From IMG/VR virus record IMGVR_UViG_3300031857_000014: 64,000 nucleotides of DNA. One strand, written 5' to 3'. The notes under the pieces were generated by a model that worked only from the letters and a program-made list of their open reading frames with translations, ran no database searches and was not told where the DNA came from. Positions within the stretch are counted from its first letter, which is position 1; every line of letters begins with the position of its first letter. This DNA comes from a virus. Its lineage: Duplodnaviria > Caudoviricetes. Positions 9,299 to 19,132 of this stretch are shown here, piece by piece. A program made the translations under genes and the position numbers.

Positions 9299-10711
9299 TT
9301 ACTTAATAATATCGTACTTTTCTCGTTTCCATTGAATTTCAGGGTTTTTCAGAAACCTGTCTGTTAATACTTTTATTGGTTCCTGAAAAATATTGTCAAC
9401 TGCGGTATTCGCTTTACCATAGGATTGAATTAATAATCCTTTTCTATATTGTAAATTAATCCTTTTCCTTTTGTGTTCTAAAGAGACGTATAAATAAATT
9501 GCACCATGAACAAATTGATTTGACATACAATTTTTCATTTTAATTCCTTCTAATGCGAATTCTTCTTCAGAGATAATTAGTTTTGGTTTAAATGATAAAT
9601 TATTAACTATTATCTCTTCTTCAATCATTTTAACAAAATCAATTGGTAAATCATATCGAACTTTATATCCTCTGTTATAATGTCTTCTTACTGAAGACCA
9701 TTGTGACAATAAATTTTCAAACTCTAAATCATTTTTAGCGATAAACCTTAAGTTTATTCCTTTAGTTTCCAAAAACAATCTTGTATTCAAAATTTTATTT
9801 ATTGAGTATATAAGAGTCTCATTCATCATCGATATCTTTTCCCAATTGTTTATTAGTCTAACCATGTTGTTTTTCTCAAATTCATTTTTTAAAACATGGC
9901 CCTTTTTATTTGGTGATACCTCAAAACAATTTTTTTTCCAATCAATTTTTTTTAAGTAATCCATATAATTGTCACCAAAAAGATTACATAAAAATTTTAA
10001 TGAACTTATCTGTACTTGTTGTTTTGTTGTGTTTAATTCTGAAATTATATATTTTGATTTTATTCCTAATTCATCAAGAACTGCGGGTAAAAATTTATAA
10101 TCATTTTTTTTCAACCATTTTGTTTTGGGATAACTATTTTGTATATCAAAATAAACCCCGTCATGAGGTTTAATATTTTTGCAATCTAAGTGGTAATCAA
10201 TTATTAAATCGTAAAAAGGATTAACAGAATATTTTTCTTTGTATATTTTGTTTTTGTAGAAATCTGATTTGAAATTTTCTTTTAGTTTATTATAAATTAT
10301 TTCAAAAATTTTATCAGTGGCCTTTTCATATTTTACACCCCAATACTTGTGTTTTCTTTCACCTTTTAATAAACCTGATTCAGTTAAATCTTCTAACTGT
10401 CTGAAATTATTTTTTTTGTTTTTTATTAAATCTCTAAATAATTTTTCATCAGTCAAATTGTGATTGTTTATTTTATAAGATAAATGAATATCTCCGGTAA
10501 CAATATCTAAAATAAACCCGTGATGAAACGTGATTGACTTTTTTTTATTAAACGCATTAAATTCAGTGTAAAAATATCCGTTGTACTCTAAAAACTTCTT
10601 ATCTCCTCGAATTTCAATATCACACGTTGATTTATTTTTATTAGATTTCTTTTCTCTTTTTTCTTGCCTATGTTTAAATAAAATATCCATATATAAAATA
10701 TATATGGACAT
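9299..10711 (-). CDS. PcfJ-like domain protein
   Basis: C-terminal EEEFALEGIKMKNCMS...IYLYVSL motif. Confidence 0.55.
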   Translation of the reverse strand: MSIYILYMDILFKHRQEKREKKSNKNKSTCDIEIRGDKKFLEYNGYFYTEFNAFNKKKSITFHHGFILDIVTGDIHLSYKINNHNLTDEKLFRDLIKNKKNNFRQLEDLTESGLLKGERKHKYWGVKYEKATDKIFEIIYNKLKENFKSDFYKNKIYKEKYSVNPFYDLIIDYHLDCKNIKPHDGVYFDIQNSYPKTKWLKKNDYKFLPAVLDELGIKSKYIISELNTTKQQVQISSLKFLCNLFGDNYMDYLKKIDWKKNCFEVSPNKKGHVLKNEFEKNNMVRLINNWEKISMMNETLIYSINKILNTRLFLETKGINLRFIAKNDLEFENLLSQWSSVRRHYNRGYKVRYDLPIDFVKMIEEEIIVNNLSFKPKLIISEEEFALEGIKMKNCMSNQFVHGAIYLYVSLEHKRKRINLQYRKGLLIQSYGKANTAVDNIFQEPIKVLTDRFLKNPEIQWKREKYDIIK

Positions 10712-10728
10712 TATGACTTTTTGTAGTT

Positions 10729-12591
10729 TTAAATCGGTAAAATATCAAATAGATGTTCTTGAAGTGTTGGTTCAATTTCTCTATATATTTCAACACCATT
10801 AATGATGATTGGTACTTTTCTTTTTTCAATATTATGTAACATCCCCAATCTAGCATATTTTTTTGTCTTTACTAATATTTCATTTAACGCTAGTTCCATA
10901 TCACCTGGTGCTGGTTTGTTACAAAAGTGTCTTGCTTGAATACATTGTCCTGTTTGACAATCAATTTCACAAGTTATTCTATCAGATTTATCTTCAGTTC
11001 TTATAGATATTATGATTGATTTATCTTTATCCGCATAAGTTGCAACACAATGATGCATAAAATTACCTTCCTCAATATATTCTTCTTCTCTCTTTAATAT
11101 TACTGGATAAAAAGTTATTTCACCATAACTACAATTATCAAGTTCTATTTTTAAATCTACAGGTTTTTGAACATCATCTAACATTTGTTGATTAAACTTA
11201 TATTCGGTAACCCAACCCTTATTAATTGCTGCAACCATTTTCGCTAATTCCTGATGTTCATTATGGAAGGTAGTATAATCCGTTGCTCTCATTTTTATTT
11301 GAGGGTCATATTCTCTTATTTTTTGTAACATATTGAAATGGTCTGATAAAAGATTTACAAACTCTTCATCAATATGAAGATGGTTATCCCTATTTACAAA
11401 CTTCTTTCTACCACCAATTATTATTTTCAATATATTATCTTTTTCTTCTTCACTTATTTTATAGTTGTGATTTTTAAACTGAAAGAAATTTGCTTTGAAC
11501 ATACTTGCATTCATAATCCAAGTGTCCGGATTATTTAAACTAATAAATGCGTCAGGGTTTATATTACCAACATATTTCTGAAAATTGTCACCAAACAAAT
11601 AACACAACCTAGCAAGTGCAGGTATATTGATTTGGGTATACTTGTGTAAAAATTTATTAAGAACTTTTGATTTTATTCCATAAAAATCTAAAATAGACGT
11701 GATTAATTTTCTATCATTCTTTTTCAAATATTTCTCCGTAGGGTAATGATAAATTAATAGGTCTTTATAGTTATCTGGTGTTTTAATTTTTTTGGTTTCA
11801 ATGAAAAACTTTAGTAAATTATCAAAAATGTTTTTTTCATTTATATTAGGTACATTGAAAACATCCGATACGACCTTATAGAATATTTTGTTATCAAATA
11901 TTTTTTTTATGTCTAATTTCTCTTGTACTATCCCTCTATCTGTATAATTGGAAATATTGAAAGGAGTGTTATTCGTTTTTACCATTTGTTCTAACTCTAA
12001 AAATGAATTAACCCTAAATCTTTTTTGTTTTATATTTCTACCATCTTGAATGTTACTTATTGTAAAATTACCTGTCACCATATTCACTGTTAATGAAATA
12101 ACTCGATAACTCTTTTTAAAATAAATTTCGTTAACATCCCGCATTTTATTGTGAACATATAATTTGAATGTTACCTTATCCCCATGTCTTCTTATTGACC
12201 TTTCTATTGTTGTAAAATGAACAGACGAAAAGGGGTTACCAAAATGTCTTTTTATTTGTCTTTCTTTATCGGTTATGAAAGTAGTATCATCATAGACATG
12301 TATGTTATCGGTTGAACGGAGTTTTTTTGAACACACAAAAAGATTTATGTTTTCACCATTTGGATTATCAGAGTAAAAATATTTTGTTCTTTTTTTATTT
12401 TTGGGATAATGTAAGTAAGTGGATTTAACTTTATTAGTATTAATATTCCGTACTATTGCTGGTTGTATAAAAAAATCATCCATTCCACTGATAGGGTCAG
12501 AAATATATTCTTTTCTGTTCTCTAATGGACAGTAATTCTTAAATACGTTTATACTGGCGTAATTGATTCGTTGGGTTAGTAAATCTTCCAT
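10729..12591 (-). CDS. PcfJ-like domain protein (paralogue of 9299-10711)
   Basis: EEEYIEEGNFMHHCVATY...IISIR...TCE...Q. Confidence 0.65.
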   Translation of the reverse strand: MEDLLTQRINYASINVFKNYCPLENRKEYISDPISGMDDFFIQPAIVRNINTNKVKSTYLHYPKNKKRTKYFYSDNPNGENINLFVCSKKLRSTDNIHVYDDTTFITDKERQIKRHFGNPFSSVHFTTIERSIRRHGDKVTFKLYVHNKMRDVNEIYFKKSYRVISLTVNMVTGNFTISNIQDGRNIKQKRFRVNSFLELEQMVKTNNTPFNISNYTDRGIVQEKLDIKKIFDNKIFYKVVSDVFNVPNINEKNIFDNLLKFFIETKKIKTPDNYKDLLIYHYPTEKYLKKNDRKLITSILDFYGIKSKVLNKFLHKYTQINIPALARLCYLFGDNFQKYVGNINPDAFISLNNPDTWIMNASMFKANFFQFKNHNYKISEEEKDNILKIIIGGRKKFVNRDNHLHIDEEFVNLLSDHFNMLQKIREYDPQIKMRATDYTTFHNEHQELAKMVAAINKGWVTEYKFNQQMLDDVQKPVDLKIELDNCSYGEITFYPVILKREEEYIEEGNFMHHCVATYADKDKSIIISIRTEDKSDRITCEIDCQTGQCIQARHFCNKPAPGDMELALNEILVKTKKYARLGMLHNIEKRKVPIIINGVEIYREIEPTLQEHLFDILPI

Positions 12592-12616
12592 ATTGTGATA
12601 TTTTAATTGATTTTCA

Positions 12617-12624
12617 CAAAAATA
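12617..12624 (-). promoter_or_regulatory. Bacteroidetes -7 element TATTTTTG
   Basis: Minus strand TATTTTTGTGAAAAT; the same TTTGTGAAAAT context occurs at 3987; 25 nt before the ATG at 12591. Confidence 0.45.
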
Positions 12625-12666
12625 AGGAAAAAAGTTGGGAATACCATATTTATTTTAAAAATAATT

Positions 12667-12798
12667 ATGGCTAAAGGTAAAAATACAGGTTCAGGTTCTG
12701 TAAAAATCAGTTTCGGTAAGAGAAAGTCCGGTAAAGCGGCTAAATCTAGAAACAGACACGATAGAGGAGCGAAAAAATATAGAGGACAGGGTAGATAA
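12667..12798 (+). CDS. 43 aa highly basic protein ending KKYRGQGR
   Basis: MAKGKNTGSGSVKISFGKRKSGKAAKSRNRHDRGAKKYRGQGR*; TATTTATT at 12647-12654; the C-terminal K-Y-R-G-Q-G pattern resembles small basic proteins I recall from large myophages. Confidence 0.6.
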   Translation: MAKGKNTGSGSVKISFGKRKSGKAAKSRNRHDRGAKKYRGQGR

Positions 12799-12806
12799 TA
12801 TAAAAA

Positions 12807-13709
12807 TTATTTTCTTACATTCTCATAGTTTTCAATAAACCATTTTACCGTTTCTTTTATTCCAATTTCTATTGGTGTAAATTGAAATTCGGGTAGATAT
12901 GATTTTAATTTACTATTATCTGACGGTTTTCTAAATTGTCCATCAGGTTTAGTTGAATCAAATTTTACTTTACCTTTAAAGTTAAACTCTTTAACTAATA
13001 AATCAACTAAATCTGAAATACTTATCTCTTCTGAATTAGAAAATATTATTGGTTCAGGTTCACTATAATTTTCAACAGCCCATTCTGAAAGTTCAGCAAT
13101 ATCTTTTGAATAAATAAACTCTCTTAGTGGTTTACCACTACCCCATACGACTAAATCTTCATTGTTTCTTTGTGCTAAATAAATCTTATGCATTAACATA
13201 GGTACAACATGACCATTCGTTAATGAAAAATTATCATTAGGACCATAAATGTTAGTTGGTATAACTGATGAATAATTTAGACCATATTGTTCTTTATACG
13301 CCCTGATTTGTACCTCAGACATACGTTTAGCGTGAGCATACGCGTCATTTGATGTATGAGGTGGACCTAAATGAATTTTTTTCTCAGTCAGAGGGTATTC
13401 GATATTATCAGGAAAAATACATGTTGACAAGAACGCAATTAAGTTTTTAACACCACTTTTTCTTGCTGATTCTATTACGTTTGTGTTTATCATGATATTA
13501 TCATAAAAAAATTCACCTTTCAAACTCATATTACCACCAATCCCACCAACTTTACCTGCACAATGAATTACGTGTGTAGGTTTGTAAATATCAAACATAT
13601 TTTCACATTCTTCCCTGTTAATTAGATTGTATTCCCTTCCTATCTTTATTTCAGCATTTATTGCGGAACCCACTAACCCTTTTCCACCAGTTACTAATAA
13701 TTTTCTCAT
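12807..13709 (-). CDS. fcl: GDP-L-fucose synthase / ColC-like GDP-4-keto-6-deoxy-sugar epimerase-reductase
   Basis: VTGGKGLVG, AGKVGGI, STCIFP (catalytic Cys), YAHAK, NIYGPNDNF, HVVP, WGSGKPLREF. Confidence 0.88.
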   Translation of the reverse strand: MRKLLVTGGKGLVGSAINAEIKIGREYNLINREECENMFDIYKPTHVIHCAGKVGGIGGNMSLKGEFFYDNIMINTNVIESARKSGVKNLIAFLSTCIFPDNIEYPLTEKKIHLGPPHTSNDAYAHAKRMSEVQIRAYKEQYGLNYSSVIPTNIYGPNDNFSLTNGHVVPMLMHKIYLAQRNNEDLVVWGSGKPLREFIYSKDIAELSEWAVENYSEPEPIIFSNSEEISISDLVDLLVKEFNFKGKVKFDSTKPDGQFRKPSDNSKLKSYLPEFQFTPIEIGIKETVKWFIENYENVRK

Positions 13710-13721
13710 TATTTAAATTCA

Positions 13722-14690
13722 TCAACTTAATTTATCTAACCAATAGGTTATCATTTCATCTAACATAGATTCAAAAGTATATTCCGGTTTCCAACCAGTT
13801 AAAGTTTTTAATTTAGTTGAATCTCCTTTAAGGTCGTTCAACTCCTCAGGTCTTAAGAATTTTTCATCTAAACTAACATAGTCTTCCCAGTTTAAACCTA
13901 ATTTGGAAAACACATATTCACATAAATCACGTACCGAATGAGAAATTCCTGTCGCACATACAAAATCATTAGGTTTATCGAGTTGTAATATTAACCACAT
14001 AGCCTCAACGTAGTCTTTAGCGTGACCCCAATCTCTCGTCGCATTTAAATTCCCTAGTTTTAATTCTTTACTAAGACCTAATTTTATCTTTACCGCTTCT
14101 TTACAAACTTTATTTGTCACAAAATTTGTCCCTCTCTTAGGTGATTCATGATTAAATAATATTCCATTCGAAATAAACATATTATATGAGTTCCTATAAT
14201 TTCTACTTATGTTATAACTAAAAACTTTTGCACATCCGTAAGGTGATACTGGGCACATAGGCGTTGTTTCTCTTTGAAAACCATCGTCATCAATATTATT
14301 TCCAAACATTTCCGATGAAGATGCTTGATAAATTTTTATATCAGGTTTTACAAGTTTTACCGCCTCAAGTAGATTCAATGTTCCAAGTCCTGTCACGTTT
14401 GCTGTATAAATTGGTTGGTCAAAAGATATTCTTACATGAGACTGTGCAGCTAAGTTATAAATTTCATCAGGCATCACTTTTTGTATAGTACGAATCAGAG
14501 ATGACAAATCAGTCATATCTGCGTAGTGTAAAATAATTCTATCGTATACAGAATCAAGTCTAGCCGTTTGATTTTCAGATACAGAATTTCTTTTAAGTGT
14601 ACCATGAACTTCGTATCCCTTATCAAGTAAAAACTCTGATAAGTATGAACCGTCTTGTCCATTTATACCTGTTATAATAGCTTTTTTCAT
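13722..14690 (-). CDS. gmd: GDP-mannose 4,6-dehydratase
   Basis: ITGINGQDGSYL, EIYNLAAQSHV, YQASSSEMFG, SPYGCAK, ILFNHESP, GNLNATRDWG. Confidence 0.95.
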   Translation of the reverse strand: MKKAIITGINGQDGSYLSEFLLDKGYEVHGTLKRNSVSENQTARLDSVYDRIILHYADMTDLSSLIRTIQKVMPDEIYNLAAQSHVRISFDQPIYTANVTGLGTLNLLEAVKLVKPDIKIYQASSSEMFGNNIDDDGFQRETTPMCPVSPYGCAKVFSYNISRNYRNSYNMFISNGILFNHESPKRGTNFVTNKVCKEAVKIKLGLSKELKLGNLNATRDWGHAKDYVEAMWLILQLDKPNDFVCATGISHSVRDLCEYVFSKLGLNWEDYVSLDEKFLRPEELNDLKGDSTKLKTLTGWKPEYTFESMLDEMITYWLDKLS

Positions 14691-14710
14691 ATTTTTGTTT
14701 TTTTTATTTT

Positions 14711-15871
14711 TTAAAGTGTTTTGTTAACGATATCTGAAATAAATTCAATTTCATTTTGAGTTAGTTCACTATGATTAGGTAGATATAATCCCAAATTATG
14801 AACTCTAGTTGCATTTGGTAAAATTGTTTTTCCATAACTTTCGTACCAAAATGGTTGTTCCGACATTGATCCACAAATTAGTGGTCTACATTCTACATTT
14901 TTTTCTTGTAGTTCTTTAACTAATTCCTTTATATTTTCTGTAATTATGGGATATGCGAAGTTTGAAACAAATGACTCAATTGGTGGTTTAATTTTCCAAA
15001 TACCATTTTTAATTAAACTATTATAAAGGTCAAAATTATTTTTTCTTTTTGTTACAATTTCATCAATAGTTTCCATTTGTTTCAAACCAATGAATGCTTG
15101 TAAATCTGTACTTCTAAGATTAAATCCGGGATAATAAAAAGTATATAACGCCCTGAAATCATCTACTTCGTAATTTAATCTCAGATTGTTTTTCTTATTT
15201 TCGGGTAAGTCCCTATCCCATCCATGACTTCTAATTGATAACAAAAGGTGATAAAAATCTTCATCATTTGTTGACACCATTCCACCTTCTATAGTTGAAA
15301 TGTGGTGACCAAAATAGAATGAAAATGATGACATTGTACCAAAAGTACCTAGTTTTTTTTCTTTGTATTTTGAACCAACGGATTCACAAGTGTCTTCAAG
15401 TAAATAAATGTCATTTTCATCACATAATGAAAGAATCTCATCCATGTGATTTGGTATTCCTAAAACATGAACTAATATTATACAAGAAGGGTTATGTTCA
15501 ATTATCAATTTTTTTAAGTGTTCAATGTCTAAACCTAAATTATCTTTATCACAATCACACATTATTGGTTCAAGTCCAAGTTGTATTGCGGGAGCAACCG
15601 TAGTAACCCAAGAAACAGATGGTACAATTATTTTTTTATTCTTCAACTTCTTAGATAAAATTAAAGAATATATCATCGCAAGATTAGCAGAAGAACCTGA
15701 GTTAAGATATACTGAGTATTTACAACCTAACCATTGAGACCATTTTTTTTCAAATTCAACATTTAGTTCACCTTTGGTTAATTTTGGGTTCGTTTTCAAC
15801 CAATCTATCAAATCTGATAGATGTTTTTCATTAATGGTGTCCTTGACCAAGGATATATTTTTGTAAATCAT
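14711..15871 (-). CDS. PLP-dependent DegT-family enzyme, ColD/E1-like 3-dehydratase (His at the catalytic Lys position)
   Basis: NSGSSANL, EDTCES, SFYFGHHISTIEGG, RSHGWDR, PGFNLR. Confidence 0.75.
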   Translation of the reverse strand: MIYKNISLVKDTINEKHLSDLIDWLKTNPKLTKGELNVEFEKKWSQWLGCKYSVYLNSGSSANLAMIYSLILSKKLKNKKIIVPSVSWVTTVAPAIQLGLEPIMCDCDKDNLGLDIEHLKKLIIEHNPSCIILVHVLGIPNHMDEILSLCDENDIYLLEDTCESVGSKYKEKKLGTFGTMSSFSFYFGHHISTIEGGMVSTNDEDFYHLLLSIRSHGWDRDLPENKKNNLRLNYEVDDFRALYTFYYPGFNLRSTDLQAFIGLKQMETIDEIVTKRKNNFDLYNSLIKNGIWKIKPPIESFVSNFAYPIITENIKELVKELQEKNVECRPLICGSMSEQPFWYESYGKTILPNATRVHNLGLYLPNHSELTQNEIEFISDIVNKTL

Positions 15872-16625
15872 TACTTGTTAAATCGATTAATTCTTTATAA
15901 GAAGAATATATTATTTTGGAATAGTAATTCTCCCTTTTATTTTTAAGATTATTGACGTTATCCATTAAAATATAATCATTTAATTTGAGATTATAAAGGG
16001 CATATAAATCATTTATGAAATCATATAAATTTATTAGTTCTCCACCTCCAATCAATAAATCTTGATTTGTCTCTATTGAATTATTGACAATAACCGAAGG
16101 GTGAATTAAATCCCTATAAAAATTCAAATCACCAACACTTATCTTTTTTCTATTTATGATAGAATCGAATATTTTCCCAAAAAGAAAGTTTTTATTTCTA
16201 TATGGTGTATTGAAATTAAAAGGATAAATTATAATTACATTTTTATACTCGCATTTTTTTTCATTTATGTAGTTACATAGTACTTCTTTAGATTTTATAT
16301 ATGGCGAATAGTTATAGTCATATTTCATATCGACTGATACTGCGGAATCATAATTATTCCATAATTCAGACGTAGAAAAAATTATAATATTATCACAATA
16401 ATTTTTTAGTTCGTCTATAACAAAAATTGTATAATCAAAATTAGTTTTAAGAAAAAAAGATTCATCTTCATTTAAAAATGTTCTTTGTTCTGCGAACGTA
16501 AGATAAATTCTCTTATATTTCTTGTTCTTAATAGACTTGAAATCAATATTCCTTGAAGAAATTTTTTCGTAAGAATTTGGAAAGTAATGACTGATTTGTG
16601 AAGTATTCCCTATTACTAAATTCAT
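15831..16625 (-). CDS. divergent NAD-dependent epimerase/SDR
   Basis: Degenerate Rossmann start VIGNTSQ, FSTS, YIKSK (YxxxK), YPFN. Confidence 0.55.
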   Translation of the reverse strand: MNLVIGNTSQISHYFPNSYEKISSRNIDFKSIKNKKYKRIYLTFAEQRTFLNEDESFFLKTNFDYTIFVIDELKNYCDNIIIFSTSELWNNYDSAVSVDMKYDYNYSPYIKSKEVLCNYINEKKCEYKNVIIIYPFNFNTPYRNKNFLFGKIFDSIINRKKISVGDLNFYRDLIHPSVIVNNSIETNQDLLIGGGELINLYDFINDLYALYNLKLNDYILMDNVNNLKNKRENYYSKIIYSSYKELIDLTSNDLQKYILGQGHH

Positions 16626-16627
16626 TT

Positions 16628-16990
16628 TTAATTAAAACCTTTGTAGTGCTTAACCGAATCTTCCAAGAGAGACTTTCCGGTTATTATTGAATTCTCTACC
16701 ATTCTATTTATTGCCTGAACATATTTTGGTCTTTTTACTTTAAAACATATGTCTATTTTGCGTTTTAATTCTGCGATTTCGGAGTCATCAGTCGCATCAC
16801 TTATTGCGTCCTCTAAATACCACATTCTACAATGTAGAATAGATAATTTTTCAATTACCTCACCTAAATTATCTGTTTCAATGATATCTTCAGGTAAGTC
16901 AACATTTTTATTTTTATTTAAGATATTATGTGTTGTGTTTTTAATAATATCTTCGATTTTTTCACCAAGATTCATTTTAATTAATTTCAT
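16628..16990 (-). CDS. small helical protein, DUF4254-like
   Basis: ETDNLGEVIEKLSILHCRMWYLED...IDICFKVKR. Confidence 0.45.
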   Translation of the reverse strand: MKLIKMNLGEKIEDIIKNTTHNILNKNKNVDLPEDIIETDNLGEVIEKLSILHCRMWYLEDAISDATDDSEIAELKRKIDICFKVKRPKYVQAINRMVENSIITGKSLLEDSVKHYKGFN

Positions 16991-17663
16991 ATATTTTATT
17001 CAATCCTATTGAGTTTAAATCCTCTGCATAGTTTCTAACGTAGTTATGTAAGAATATTTTTGGTTTATCCATTTTGTATGAATTTATTAAATCTTTAATT
17101 GAAGACTGCATTAAGTGTATTTCATGTGCATTTTCAAAAACAGTTAATAAATCGAAAATATTATATTTTATATTATTTTCAATAATTTTTATATTACTTG
17201 GTATTTTACTACGATTAATATGTAACCCTCTTGTTTGGTCTTCGTGTAAAAAAATGTAAGGTTCGTCATTAGGGTTTAACTCTTTATAAACTTCTAACTC
17301 TTTTTTTCTGTTTCTTGGAATATAAAATTCATTAAACCTTGACTCAAAATCTATTCCTGCGATTTTATAAAATGCCTCGTCAAATTTTATTGATGGTAAG
17401 TATTTACTTAATTCAGAAAACCCAATTTTATATAAATTATTTGTATTTAAATTATTTACTCGAATAAAGGTTTTACACTCATAATCACTGTTGACTGGAA
17501 TTAACTTAATATTTTCGTTATCAGAATACATAAAAGAAACATTTTCAATATTATGTTGATAACAAAATAAAGATACTTGATTATGTTTTTTTTGTAAAAA
17601 TCTAACCAATCCATTACAAATGATATGATCCCCTAAACCTAAATGATGATAGATATAAATCAT
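16977..17663 (-). CDS. putative glycosyltransferase (GT-B/GT9-like)
   Basis: YHHLGLGDHIICNGLVR; probable start at MIYIYHH (17663). Confidence 0.5.
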   Translation of the reverse strand: MIYIYHHLGLGDHIICNGLVRFLQKKHNQVSLFCYQHNIENVSFMYSDNENIKLIPVNSDYECKTFIRVNNLNTNNLYKIGFSELSKYLPSIKFDEAFYKIAGIDFESRFNEFYIPRNRKKELEVYKELNPNDEPYIFLHEDQTRGLHINRSKIPSNIKIIENNIKYNIFDLLTVFENAHEIHLMQSSIKDLINSYKMDKPKIFLHNYVRNYAEDLNSIGLNKIYEIN

Positions 17664-17800
17664 GAATTTATAATTATCTATAGTGTTTATTATGGATTTG
17701 TAAACCATCATCACTATAAATTTTTGAACTATTATAAATAATAGTGTTTTTATCGTATAATGTCAATAGTGTGTTTAAAAATTTATCAATAAGATTTATT

Positions 17801-18496
17801 TTACCCAACATACCTTGCGATAATCGGACTTCTTTGGTCTCCTCTTGGGTTGTCGTTTTCATCCACAGATTCACCAATAAATGCAAAATCATCAAGTTTC
17901 CTATCTCTTTTTATATTTGTCCCGTGTCCTTCGTAATTAAAATATTCATCATGTACCATAACATCACTAACAGCAAAAGGATATATAATATCTCTTAAAA
18001 AACATTGGTCTATACTTTTATCTGATTGTCTATTATTTGTGTTTAAATAAGATTCCATACTTTCGTAAAAATTTGGAAACGCTAAATTTCTAGACCCCCA
18101 CATTCCGGCGTTCATTCGCCAATTATGACCAATTGGATGATCCCGTATTATATGAAATTTTTTTCCTGAATTTATCCACTCTTGTACTCCAACCTCATCT
18201 CTTTCGCTTATTCTTGAATCACAATCACGACTTATAAAATATTCCACATTTTCATCACATATTGGTAAAAACCTCCACAATGAATTCATTAAATTCCTGT
18301 CTTGATTTGTATTTATTAATTTACAACCTAATTCGTTTAAACAATCAATAACATTTTGTGAAACAGTATTATTATAATAGACCCACATTTCCCAATCCAC
18401 AAAATGTTTTTTATGTAATTCAGCATTTTTTATACACCCATGTGTGTATATTGGATTATTTCCGTAAAGTGAAAAACTTAAAACTTTTATTTTCAT
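17801..18496 (-). CDS. putative GT-A fold glycosyltransferase
   Basis: SFSLYG, LWRFLP, ISRDCDSR (DxD), IRDHP..H, AGMWG; probable start at MKIKV (18496). Confidence 0.55.
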   Translation of the reverse strand: MKIKVLSFSLYGNNPIYTHGCIKNAELHKKHFVDWEMWVYYNNTVSQNVIDCLNELGCKLINTNQDRNLMNSLWRFLPICDENVEYFISRDCDSRISERDEVGVQEWINSGKKFHIIRDHPIGHNWRMNAGMWGSRNLAFPNFYESMESYLNTNNRQSDKSIDQCFLRDIIYPFAVSDVMVHDEYFNYEGHGTNIKRDRKLDDFAFIGESVDENDNPRGDQRSPIIARYVG

Positions 18497-18503
18497 CGTA
18501 ATA

Positions 18504-19118
18504 TTATTTATTTTCATGTATTTTATTGAAAAGTAACGCCCAGAAATATTCAAAAGACCAACCATAAAGATTTTTAGGGTTGTTGTCTTTAAAATAAGTC
18601 AAACATTTTTTATATGTATCTATATTATGAAACATTAATGTGTTCCTATCACATTTAATATACCCGTGAGGTACGATTTCAGTTATATTTGGTGGTTCAT
18701 AACTAAATAGATTATCCCATATACCTCTTGTGTCCGGATACCCATCATCTTTCATATGCGGTACATTAAAACCATTTATTGATTCAAAATTTCTATAAAA
18801 ATTGGTGTACTGTTTATATTCAGGAATATTATCACTATTAACTAAATTAACAACATCGTACTCTAACGGATACCCTTGTGAGAAAAATTCAATATCACAA
18901 TAATTATCGTGATAATTAATCATATGCATTAAGTATGTGTGAGATTCTCTACCTACATTTGATAATAAATATTCGTTATCATTTATCTTTAAACAATCAT
19001 TGTACGTTAATTTTTTATCATGATTTTTATGATAAATTACAATTTCAACATCACTGTTAATATTTTTTAACCAATCTAAATCTTCATTATAATGTGCAAC
19101 AACTAATCTTTTTTTCAT
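18504..19118 (-). CDS. DUF3431-like protein
   Basis: LVVAHYNEDLDWL, NVGRESHTYL, FFSQG.P. Confidence 0.65.
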   Translation of the reverse strand: MKKRLVVAHYNEDLDWLKNINSDVEIVIYHKNHDKKLTYNDCLKINDNEYLLSNVGRESHTYLMHMINYHDNYCDIEFFSQGYPLEYDVVNLVNSDNIPEYKQYTNFYRNFESINGFNVPHMKDDGYPDTRGIWDNLFSYEPPNITEIVPHGYIKCDRNTLMFHNIDTYKKCLTYFKDNNPKNLYGWSFEYFWALLFNKIHENK

Positions 19119-19132
19119 GTCAAATATTTTTA

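Noticed and set aside
10674-10856. 60 aa minus-strand ORF bridging the two PcfJ-like genes
   Set aside because: Out-of-frame overlap with both real genes and no recognisable features.
17674-17895. 73 aa minus-strand ORF in the glycosylation island
   Set aside because: Overlaps the 3' end of the GT-like gene in another frame and covers an AT-rich intergenic region containing the promoter-like motif.
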